Origin: an uncultured Actinomycetota bacterium
GTDB lineage: Bacteria > Actinomycetota > Actinomycetes > Propionibacteriales > Propionibacteriaceae
NCBI GenBank assembly: GCA_963711015.1
Contig: CAVQCQ010000027.1
Span: forward strand, 87,015 to 151,014
Length of the DNA: 64,000 nucleotides
Reading direction: 5' to 3'
Shown here: piece after piece, positions 10,025 through 18,379 of the stretch
Position numbering within the stretch: position 1 is the first letter of the stretch
Layout of the letters: every line of letters starts with the position of its first letter
Notes under the pieces: generated by a model
The model's database searches: none
What the model saw: only the letters and a program-made list of their open reading frames with translations
Told to the model about the DNA's origin: nothing
Program-made: the position numbers and the translations under genes

Positions 10025-11446
10025 GTGGTTGCTCTCCATACCGCTATCGCGATTGTTCTGGCCGTCGGTCTGATCATCAGGTTCAAGGTCGACCCGGTCA
10101 TCTCGCTGCTTCTTGCCTCGCTCTACCTCGGCTTGGCTTCCGGCGTCGGCTTCACCGGCACGATCGAGGCGATCGCCGTTGGCTTCGGCGAGATCATGGC
10201 GGAAGTCGGGCTCCTCATCGGGTTCGGTGTTCTGATTGGGGCGTTTCTCCACTCCGCCGGAGTGTTCCACAGGCTGCTGGATGTGTTCGTCCGCGTGATC
10301 GGCGCCACCCGGCTGCCCTACGCGCTCTCCTTGCTGCACTCCACGATCCTGCCGTCGATCTACGTCGACGTGCAGGTGGTGCTGGCCTCGCCAGTGGCCC
10401 GCTCGGCCGCGCCGTACATCGACCGCAACGGTCTCCCGCTCATGGCGTCCGCTCTCGGCGCCGGCATCTTCGCCGGCTACGTGTTCGTCGTACCTGGCCT
10501 GGCTGCGATCTCCATCGCCGGATTGCTCGGCGTGCCTCTCGGCCGCTGGCTGCTCTTCGGGATCGTGATCGGTCCTGTCACGGCGATCATCACCAGCATC
10601 ATCATGCGCCTGCTACTGCGCGGCCGTCTTTGGAAGCCGGAGTCGGACGAGGACGTCGACGAGGCGATGGCCGAGCAAGAAGCCCACGAGATGGCTGGCG
10701 TCGATGCCAGGGCTGGTGCCGCTGCCGCCAGGCCCGGCGCCGCCGACGCCGACGTGGACGCCAAGGCGGGCGCCGCCGGCGCGGACCGATCGCTGCCACT
10801 GGCGGTGTTGCTGCTACCGATCCTCGTGCCCTTGCTCATGATCGCCTTCGGCGCCTTCGCCGAGCTCTTCGGCTTCTCCAGCTCCTTCATCGAATTCCTC
10901 GGCAACGCGAACCTGGCGCTCTTCGTCGGCCTCCTGGGTGCCTACCTGATCTTCCGCACCACCGCAGGGCTCGAGCGCACCCGCGAGACGATGGACGAGG
11001 GCTTCCACACCACTGGCGAGATTCTGCTGATCACTGGCGTCGGCGGCTCGCTGGGCGCAGTGATCGGGGAGACCGACCTGGACACCGTGCTTGCCGGTCT
11101 CTTCCAGGCCGATGTCGGCGCACCTGTGCTCGTCAGCATCCTGCTGGCATGGTTCATTGCCGCAGTGCTGCACTTGGCGATCGGATCGGTGTCGGTCGCC
11201 GCGATCACTGCGGCCGGGATCATCGCACCGATCCTCGGCTCCCTCAATGTGGCCCCGGTCGTTGTCGGACTTGCCATCGCGTCTGGTGCACTGTTCGCAC
11301 TCCAGGTCAACAGCAACTTCTTCTGGATGTTCAAGGCTCTGCTCGGTCTGTCCACCAAAGGCAGCCTCAAGACCCTGACCGTTGCCACGTCGGTCGCTTC
11401 ACTGGTGTCGCTGCCGATGGTCATCGTGGCGTCGCTCATCGCCTGA
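10025..11446 (+). CDS. GntP family permease (gluconate-type transporter)
   Basis: Polytopic membrane protein with a GntP-like N-terminus (AIVLAVGLIIRFKVDPVISLLLASLYLGLASG...). Start moved to GTG 10025. The central hydrophilic loop is Ala/Asp-rich. Confidence 0.75.
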   Translation: MVALHTAIAIVLAVGLIIRFKVDPVISLLLASLYLGLASGVGFTGTIEAIAVGFGEIMAEVGLLIGFGVLIGAFLHSAGVFHRLLDVFVRVIGATRLPYALSLLHSTILPSIYVDVQVVLASPVARSAAPYIDRNGLPLMASALGAGIFAGYVFVVPGLAAISIAGLLGVPLGRWLLFGIVIGPVTAIITSIIMRLLLRGRLWKPESDEDVDEAMAEQEAHEMAGVDARAGAAAARPGAADADVDAKAGAAGADRSLPLAVLLLPILVPLLMIAFGAFAELFGFSSSFIEFLGNANLALFVGLLGAYLIFRTTAGLERTRETMDEGFHTTGEILLITGVGGSLGAVIGETDLDTVLAGLFQADVGAPVLVSILLAWFIAAVLHLAIGSVSVAAITAAGIIAPILGSLNVAPVVVGLAIASGALFALQVNSNFFWMFKALLGLSTKGSLKTLTVATSVASLVSLPMVIVASLIA

Positions 11447-11465
11447 ACCTGGTGAAGCGGGCGCC

Positions 11466-11816
11466 TCAGCCGGAGACGGAGTCCAGATGCTGCAGCAGGT
11501 CGTGGGCGGCGAGCTCGACCTCCTTGTGCCGCCACTCGGAGGCTCGGTAGACGCAGGCGATCAACGCGGTCCGGTGCACCCGGCGCAGGTCGCCGTAGAC
11601 GAAGGCGTAGCGGGCCTTGGTCTCATCGGTAGCGCCGACGGTCAGCCCGAGGTGCCAGGCGGCGTACTCGGCCCAGGAATGCCGCTCCAGATAGGCGTTC
11701 TCGGTGTCCGCACGCGGCTGCACCTCGCCCCAGTCGCTGTCCAGCACGTACTGCCGCGCATCGATCAACCGCCGGCAGTTGGCCACCGCCTCGTCGTTCA
11801 GCTCATACTTCGCCAT
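11466..11816 (-). CDS. hypothetical protein
   Basis: 116-aa ORF with ordinary amino-acid composition (MAKYELNDEAVANCRRLIDARQYV...). I do not recognise a family. Confidence 0.5.
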   Translation of the reverse strand: MAKYELNDEAVANCRRLIDARQYVLDSDWGEVQPRADTENAYLERHSWAEYAAWHLGLTVGATDETKARYAFVYGDLRRVHRTALIACVYRASEWRHKEVELAAHDLLQHLDSVSG

Positions 11817-11829
11817 TGCCCTCCGATCC

Positions 11830-12411
11830 TCAGCGCATCGCCGTGATCATGGTCTCCTCCGCGAACCCGAGCCAGTCGTAGACACTGACCAGGAATGTCC
11901 GCGGGTCCTCGGCCGACAGCTCCGACAGCCGGTCGGCGGCCTCGGCGTCGGTGATGCCCAGCCGGGTGGCCAGAGCCAGCCGCACGCTGGTCAGCGTGCG
12001 CAGCCAGGCGTCCACCTCCTCGGGTGGAACGCGCAGCTCGTGCCGGCCCTGCTCGGTGCCGGCCAGGCGATCCAGCACGACCTGGGCATCAGCGACCTTC
12101 TTCGCCCTCAGCGAGCGCTCCGTGAACCGCCGGAAGTCTGACGAGGCCGCCGGGTCGGTCGGATACGCGCTGGGGAAGAGTCGGTTCAGCACCGGGTCCT
12201 CGGACTGCTCCGGCTCGTCCGGATTGACCTGCAGGTCGGCCACGATCGCCTCGAACGCGTCCGCCGGCACCTGCTCGGCCACCTCGAACCCGCCTGGCTC
12301 GCCGTCAGAGACCAGTTCGACCAGCTGGGAGACCAACGAGGACAACAGCTCGACCTCGTACTCGTTCAGGTGCGTGGTCAGCTGGCCGCGCCGCCGGGCG
12401 AACTTCTTCAC
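11830..12411 (-). CDS. DUF2017 domain-containing protein
   Basis: 193-aa ORF immediately downstream of clpS, which is the usual actinobacterial partner position. Acidic, helical sequence consistent with that family. Confidence 0.7.
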   Translation of the reverse strand: MKKFARRRGQLTTHLNEYEVELLSSLVSQLVELVSDGEPGGFEVAEQVPADAFEAIVADLQVNPDEPEQSEDPVLNRLFPSAYPTDPAASSDFRRFTERSLRAKKVADAQVVLDRLAGTEQGRHELRVPPEEVDAWLRTLTSVRLALATRLGITDAEAADRLSELSAEDPRTFLVSVYDWLGFAEETMITAMR

Positions 12412-12432
12412 GACGGTGCTCCCGACTGCACG

Positions 12433-12509
12433 CCGGTTCTTCGCGCTGTACGCCGGAAGCTTCCGGCGTACAGCGCGAGAATCGGACGCAGCGTCCGAAA
12501 CTGACAGGG
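12433..12509 (+). repeat. 77-nt structured intergenic element, copy 1
   Basis: CCGGTTCTTCGCGCTGTACGCCGGAAGCTTCCGGCGTACAGCGCGAGAATCGGACGCAGCGTCCGAAACTGACAGGG. A 13-bp stem with a 6-nt loop plus a conserved tail. Aligns without gaps to the reverse complement of 32063-32139. Confidence 0.8.
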
Positions 12510-12520
12510 TGGGGTGCGGG

Positions 12521-12847
12521 TCATTCGTCGGCCTTGTCGAGGGTGGCCCACAGCCCGTACTCGTGCATCGCCGTCACATCCCGCTCCATCGCTTCGCGGG
12601 TGCCACTGGACACGATCGCCTTGCCCTCGTTGTGCACCTGGAGCATCAGCTTCTCGGCCTTGTTCTTCGGATAGTGGAAGTACGTGGCGAAGACGTGCGT
12701 CACGTAGGACATGAGATTCACCGGGTCGTCCCAGACGATGGTGACCCACGGCGTCTGGGCGATGATCTGCTCGGTCGGACGCTCGGCGACCGCCGTGCCA
12801 CCCGCGGGCACCACCGTTTCCGTGTCCGAGTCGGGCATGAGCCTCAT
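12521..12847 (-). CDS. clpS: ATP-dependent Clp protease adaptor ClpS
   Basis: [46 protein letters not shown] is the ClpS core. Start taken as ATG 12847 (alternative ATG 12838). The track ORF start lies inside the palindrome. Confidence 0.9.
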   Translation of the reverse strand: MRLMPDSDTETVVPAGGTAVAERPTEQIIAQTPWVTIVWDDPVNLMSYVTHVFATYFHYPKNKAEKLMLQVHNEGKAIVSSGTREAMERDVTAMHEYGLWATLDKADE

Positions 12848-12857
12848 TCTTGCAACC

Positions 12858-12907
12858 GACTTGTCAGCGTGGGTGGTCGCCCGGGCCACTACCCACGCTG
12901 ACAAGTC
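12858..12907. promoter_or_regulatory. 50-bp near-perfect palindrome in the clpS/pncB divergent intergenic region
   Basis: GACTTGTCAGCGTGGGT (12858-12874) and ACCCACGCTGACAAGTC (12891-12907) are perfect 17-bp inverted arms. Extended to 25-nt arms, 23 of 25 positions pair. It lies 11 nt from the clpS ATG and 32 nt from the pncB start. Confidence 0.6.
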
Positions 12908-12938
12908 AGGGAGAGAGGCGGCACCCTAGGCTGGCCGC

Positions 12939-14301
12939 GTGACCGTGACCGACTTGCGGGCCGCGCCGGCAACCCCCTGGGGACCGAGCGAGGTGCCGAC
13001 CACGGCACTGCTCACCGATCACTACGAGCTCACCATGGTGCGCGCGGCGCGGGAGGCCGGTACGGCGGACCGCCGCTGCGTCTTCGAGCTGTTCGCCCGC
13101 CGGCTGCCGTCGGGCCGCCGGTACGGTGTCGTCGCCGGAGTCGGCCGCGCACTCCGGGCGCTGCGGCACTTCCGGTTCGACGACGAGTCGCTCCGCTTCC
13201 TGACCGACCAGCAGATCGTCGACGGCGCGACCGCCGACTGGCTGGCCGACTACGCCTTCTCCGGCGAACATCTGGGGATATCCCGAAGGTGAGGTCTACT
13301 TCCCCGGCTCTCCGGTGGTGATCGTGGAGAGCAGCTTCGCCGAAGGCGTGGTCTTGGAGACGCTGCTGCTCAGCATCTACAACCACGACTCGGCGATCGC
13401 CTCCGCGGCCTCGCGGATGACCGCAATGGCCGGTGACCGGCCCTGCATCGAGATGGGGACGCGGCGGACCCAGGAGCTGGCGGCGGTCGCCGCGGCGCGG
13501 GCGGCCTACATCGCCGGCTTCGACGCCACCTCCAACCTGGAGGCCGGCCGCCGCTACGGGGTGCCGACCCGGGGCACCGCGGCGCACGCCTTCACCCTGC
13601 TGCACGTCGACGAGCGGCAGGCGTTCGCGGCGCAGATCGCCGCGCTGGGTGAGGACACCACGCTGCTGGTGGACACCTATGACGTCTTTGCGGCGGTCCG
13701 TATCGGGGTCGAGCTCACCGAGGGACGGCTGGGTGCGGTCCGGCTGGACTCCGGCGACCTCGGCCTGCTGGCCAGCCAGGTACGCGAACTGCTGGACTCC
13801 CTGGGCGCCGAACAGACCAAGATCATCGTGACCAGCGATCTGGACGAGTACACCATCGCCGCCCTGTCCGGCGCCCCGGTCGACGGCTACGGCGTCGGCA
13901 CCGCCCTGGTCACCGGCAGCGGTCATCCGACCTGCGGCTTCGTCTACAAGCTGGTGGCCCGCGCCACCTCCGACGACCCGCAGGGACCGCTGGTCGGCGT
14001 CGCGAAGAAGAGCATCGAGAAGACCTCGATCGGGGGCCGCAAGTACGCCGCGCGCCGGCTCAGCGCCGACGGCGTCGCCGAAGCGGAGCTGATCGGTATC
14101 TCCCAGCCGGCCACTCTCGACCACGATGACCGCGAGCTACTCGTCCCGCTCGTGCGGGCCGGCACCATCGTGGGCGATCGGTCCCTGGAGGAGGCTCGGG
14201 AGCGGCACCGGCGCTCGCGCGCCGAGCTGCCGATCGAGGCACTGAAGATGTCCCGCGGCGAGCCGGTGATCGAGACGATCTATGCCGAGGTCGCTACGTA
14301 G
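12939..14301 (+). pseudogene. pncB: nicotinate phosphoribosyltransferase, single frameshift near 13266-13269
   Basis: ORF 12939..13292 (LLTDHYELTM...YAFSGE) stops early. The +1 frame continues IWGYPEGEVYFPGSPVVIVESSFAEGVVLETLLLS... into ORF 13315..14301. An extra base in GAAC (expected GAC) explains the shift. Confidence 0.85.
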
Positions 14302-14391
14302 CCTCGCGAGGCTGATCTGAGTAATCGGTGCGGGCAATATCGGTAGCCGCTGCGGATCTGCCGACCCAGCCCGCGGCCGCACCCTCGAGGT

Positions 14392-14685
14392 ATGAACGGA
14401 TCCCTTGCGGTGCTGGCCGGGTCACTGTCCACGGCCCTGTTCGTGGCCAGCGCGCTGCCGATGTTGATCAAGGCGGCGCGCACCCGGGATCTGGCGAGCT
14501 ACAGCGTGGCCAACCTCGGGCTGGCCAACCTCGGCAACGTCCTCTACGCGATCTACGTCTTCAGCCTGCCCGTCGGACCGATCTGGGCGTTGCACACCTT
14601 CTACATGATCAGCAGTCTGGCGATGTTGATCATGTGGCTGGTGTTCCGGCGTCGCTGTCGGTCCGCGAGCCGGCCCTCTCGATAG
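14392..14685 (+). CDS. small three-TM PQ-loop / SemiSWEET-like membrane protein
   Basis: 97 aa with three hydrophobic segments. LPMLIKAARTRDLASYS resembles the PQ-loop motif followed by a charged loop. Size matches SemiSWEETs. Confidence 0.5.
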   Translation: MNGSLAVLAGSLSTALFVASALPMLIKAARTRDLASYSVANLGLANLGNVLYAIYVFSLPVGPIWALHTFYMISSLAMLIMWLVFRRRCRSASRPSR

Positions 14686-14695
14686 CCTGGCCGGC

Positions 14696-15475
14696 GTGGA
14701 GCTGCTCGACGGCCTGTTGACCGATGCCGGACTGCTCCGCCCGGACGTCTCCGCACAGCAGGCTGTCGCCGCGCATCGAGAACACCGAGCCGCCGCGTAC
14801 GCCGCCCTGATCGGGCCGTTGCTCGTCCCCGACGACCGGCTGGCCGAGGTCGGCCGGGCCGCCGGACCGGAGCCGGTCGCCGTGCAGGTCCTGGTCGGGG
14901 GTGGAGCGGGCGGCTTGCTGGCGTTGAGCCGCCGCACGGTCGCCGGGATCAGCGTGGTCGGAGCGGTCAGCGTGCTGCGCGATCTTGACGACCTGACCGG
15001 CAACGCGGCCCGGGTGGTCGCCGCCGCCGAGGCGCTGGACGAATCCGTTCGGGTGCTCGTCGAGCTGCCGGACGCGCCGGGCTGGCCAGCCGCGGCTGAG
15101 CTGGTCGAGGCTGCCGGCCTCGGGGCGCAACTGCGAGCAAGGGGCTCAGTGATCCCGCTGGTGGAGCAGATGGCGGCACTGGTCGAGGCCGACCTGCCGT
15201 TCTCGGTCGCGGGTGTGCTGCCCGGTCCGCTCGCTGGGCTGCTGCTAGCCGTCGACGCGCTGGTGGAGACCGGCAACGCCGAAGAGGCCGCAGCACTGCT
15301 CACCAGCGACGATCCTGACGCGGCCATCGCCGTTCGCCAGCTGTCCGCGACAAGAGTCCGCCGGCGACTGCTCGGTGTCGACGGCCCGGATGTGGCCGCG
15401 ACCGCGGCTCAGCTCGGCGCGGCGCTCAGCGAACCCGGCCCTGCTGACCAGCCACGAGACACGCCGCGCCGCTGA
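14696..15475 (+). CDS. hypothetical protein
   Basis: 259-aa Ala/Leu-rich ORF in a coding-like frame. No family recognised. Its 3' end overlaps the convergent gene by 50 nt, so the C-terminus is uncertain. Confidence 0.4.
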   Translation: MELLDGLLTDAGLLRPDVSAQQAVAAHREHRAAAYAALIGPLLVPDDRLAEVGRAAGPEPVAVQVLVGGGAGGLLALSRRTVAGISVVGAVSVLRDLDDLTGNAARVVAAAEALDESVRVLVELPDAPGWPAAAELVEAAGLGAQLRARGSVIPLVEQMAALVEADLPFSVAGVLPGPLAGLLLAVDALVETGNAEEAAALLTSDDPDAAIAVRQLSATRVRRRLLGVDGPDVAATAAQLGAALSEPGPADQPRDTPRR

Positions 15476-17230
15476 GGATGGCCATCAGCCCGAAGAGGGG
15501 CAGCGGTGCCGGCACGCCTCCGGTACTGGAGAGCACGGTGTCGACGCGGGTGGCCGAGGCACCGCCGGGGGCTGGTGCAGCACTGAAGTTCGCCGGCGTG
15601 GTCAATCCGGCGTCGATGGTCGTGTCAGCGGGGTTGTCGTCACCGAGGACGACCACTGGGGTGAGCCCGATGGGGTCGGCGTCGGAGTCGACCGCGGTGT
15701 TGGGGCCGCTACGTTGGCTGGTGAACCGAAGCCCGGCGGGCGGCGTACCGAACTTGAGCTGGTAGGAGCCGGCTGCGAGCCCGGCGAAGGTGAACCGTCC
15801 CGTGTCGGACGTGGTGGTTGACGCCAGCACCTTCTCGTTGTCGTCCTGCAGCTCGACGGTCACGCCGGCCACCCCGCCGTCGTCGGTGTCCATCACGCCG
15901 TTGCCGTTGTGGTCCCGCCAGACGGTGTCACCCAGCGCATAGCTGCCGACCAGTCCGGCGTTCACGGTCAGGTTGACGACATCGGCATCGGGGATGCCGG
16001 CGTCCCGGGCCGGTACCTGGTCCGGCGACCCGGGACCGAGGTTGATCACCGAGCTCACTCCGGTTTTCGGGTTGACGTCGGAGTCGGCCGCCGGATCGAC
16101 CCCGACCCCGGGCGCCGTGAAGGCCCGGTGCGGAGGTAGGTCGGTGAACGAGACCCGGTACTCCCCGCCCTCGAGGTCAGCGAACAGATAGCGGCCCTGG
16201 GCGTCGGTGGTGGTGGTCGCCACCACTCTTTCACCTGAGAGCAGGGAGACGGTTGCTGTCGCCGCCGGCTCACCGGCCTGCCGGGTGCCGTCCCGGTCGA
16301 GGTCGTACCAGACGTGGTTGCCGATGGCGTAGCGCAGCGGAGTGACCCCGGCGTCGATCGTGGAGTTGATGTACGCCGCCTTGACCCGATCGGCCGCCGT
16401 CGCCTCGCGGACGTTGGGCTCGCCAACGCCGAGGGTGAAGGGTGGGGTCAGACCGGCGGCGTCGGGATCGGAGTCGTTCTCGGTGTTGTCCCCCCTGGTC
16501 GCCGGCGTCAGCCGGAGGCTCTTCGGTATGCCGGCGAAGCGCACCGAGTAGGTGCCGGCCGGAAGGTCGTCGAACAGGTAGTGCCCGGCCGGGGAGCTCT
16601 TCACCGAGCCCCTCACCTTGCCGTCCGAGTTCAGCAGCAGGACGCTGATCCCGCTCACATCGCTTTCGGAGGGGGCCTGGGTGCCTGACCGGTCGTCATC
16701 TCGCCACACCGTCCCGCTGACCGCGAAACTGAGCGCACGGGCATCGTTCGGCGGCGGTTCGGACGGATCGGGCTCCGGCGTCGGCTCGGGCTCCGGCTTC
16801 ACCGCGACACCCATCCGCACAGTCTGGCTGTCGGTGCTGACGTCGACCGTCGTACTCAGCGGGGAGAAGTCGTCGCTGGCCGGAACCGGAGCGAGATCGC
16901 CCAGCTCCGCCGGGATCTCGGCGACGACGAAATACCGGCCTCCGGTGAGGTACTCGGTGCCCCCCAGGACGTATCGGCCGTCCTCGTCGGTCCGGCCGGT
17001 GACCTGCTGTCCACCGGCATCGCTGACCACGATCTCGATACCCGGCTGCGGCTCGTCGACGGCGCGTCGTAGGCGCCATCGGAGTCGACGTCACGGTTCA
17101 CGATCACGGTGAGGGTGCCGTCGGTCGTGTCAGCAGTCGCGGTCCGCGGCGACATCACGACCAGCGCGCTGGAGAGCGCAGCAAGTCCCACTGCCGCTGC
17201 AGCCGCGCTCAGGAGACGCGTACGCAGCAC
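15426..17230 (-). pseudogene. SdrD B-like (CNA-B type) repeat surface protein with C-terminal sorting-signal-like tail, frameshifted near 17060
   Basis: Signal peptide VLRTRLLSAAAAAVGLAALSSALVV starts at GTG 17230 with a GAGG Shine-Dalgarno (track ORF 16856..17311). The body, in ORF 15426..17030, has repeated G.xVW.D.d.dG modules. The tail is LSSTGG, then a hydrophobic helix, then GRVR. One base appears to be missing at ..GAYDAP|VDEPQPGIEIVV... Confidence 0.7.
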
Positions 17231-17392
17231 AGATACCTCATTGCACGTGTGGCCCCCGAGCCCTAAGGCTGGTCGGGTAAGAGCGCCCCGAACGCTCCGA
17301 CCTCGGGTCAATATAGCGACCGGCTGCGTATGAGAGCCAAGTGGACCGCAAAATGCGAGACACGTTTGTGACCTGCCCCGCCCGAGCGCGGT

Positions 17393-18259
17393 CTAACGGA
17401 TCTTGACCACCTGGGTTCTCGCCACCAGGTCGTGAATGGCCTGGCGCCTGGGCTGCCAGAGCGGGAAGAGGGCATCCACCAGGTTGAACAGACCCAAGGC
17501 CACCCCGAGGACGGGCAACCCGGACCCCGCGTTGGGGATGACCCAGACCCCGGCGCGGATCCCGATGGCGTTCCAGCTCAGAGGTCCGCCGAACCGACCC
17601 TGGTCGAGCGGCACCACCCGAAGGCCACAGACCAGCTTGCCGGGAGTCGCCGAGCGCCAACGCAGGAACCCGACCTGGTAGGCCATCCGGAGGCCGGCAT
17701 CGAGCAGGGTCAGGATCAGCAGACTCTGGAAACCGAGCACCTGACTGGGATCGAAGGTCGGCGGCACACCGCCGGAGGGCGGGGCCGCCAGCACGGACTC
17801 GAAGTAGACGCGAAAGGCATCGGCGAGCGGTCGCAGCAGCGGGAAGCCGATGATGCCGACCAGGGCGCTGGTGATGATGCCGTCGATGACGGTGGCGAGC
17901 ACCCGCCACCACCAGCCCGCCAGCGGCACGCCGTCGGCCGTGACCGCCTGCCGCAACCCCGGGGTTTGGGCGTAGCCGTAGCCGCGACCAGCCGGCGGAC
18001 CCGGCTGCTGCGGGTAAGCCGGGGGGTATCCGGTCGGTTGGCTCCCTACGCCCGGACCGGGCGCGTACGCGGGTCCGGCTGCCGTTCCGGCGGGCGGCGG
18101 GACGCCGTCTCGGGGCCGGATGTTGCGCGACCACTGCCAGCCGTCCCAGTAGCGCTCCCGCACCGGGTCGACCGGATCGGCGTACCAGCCGCTCGGCGCG
18201 GCATGGCGACCGGGCGGGACCGGCGGTGAGCCTACGGGGATGTCGGACACGCGGCCCAT
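17393..18259 (-). CDS. DUF2510 plus RDD domain membrane protein
   Basis: From ATG 18259: GWYADPVDPVRERYWDGWQWS (DUF2510-like), a Pro/Gly/Tyr-rich linker, then an RDD-type membrane domain (WWWRVLATVIDGIITS...QAIHDLVARTQVV). Confidence 0.8.
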   Translation of the reverse strand: MGRVSDIPVGSPPVPPGRHAAPSGWYADPVDPVRERYWDGWQWSRNIRPRDGVPPPAGTAAGPAYAPGPGVGSQPTGYPPAYPQQPGPPAGRGYGYAQTPGLRQAVTADGVPLAGWWWRVLATVIDGIITSALVGIIGFPLLRPLADAFRVYFESVLAAPPSGGVPPTFDPSQVLGFQSLLILTLLDAGLRMAYQVGFLRWRSATPGKLVCGLRVVPLDQGRFGGPLSWNAIGIRAGVWVIPNAGSGLPVLGVALGLFNLVDALFPLWQPRRQAIHDLVARTQVVKIR

Positions 18260-18379
18260 CGTAATGTCGCCTCCCAGCGGTTTGAGGGATCCGGCCGGCT
18301 GGGAAAGAATGCGAGCGTCCCCACCGGGGGGCTTGGGTCCCCCCAAAAAGCTTGCCCAACCCGATCCGGAGTCGCACTT

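Noticed and set aside
10690-10790. Ala/Asp-rich low-complexity insert (AGVDARAGAAAARPGAADADVDAKAGAAGAD) in the GntP permease, as a possible foreign insertion or frameshift
   Set aside because: It stays in frame and lies where GntP-family proteins have a variable central cytoplasmic loop. Both flanking halves look like normal permease sequence.
17238-18377. 379-aa minus-strand ORF, and the upstream 210 codons of ORF 17393..18889
   Set aside because: The composition is Arg/Pro/Gly-rich, and these regions overlap the RDD gene or the kinase gene out of frame or antisense. The RDD/DUF2510 homology begins at ATG 18259.
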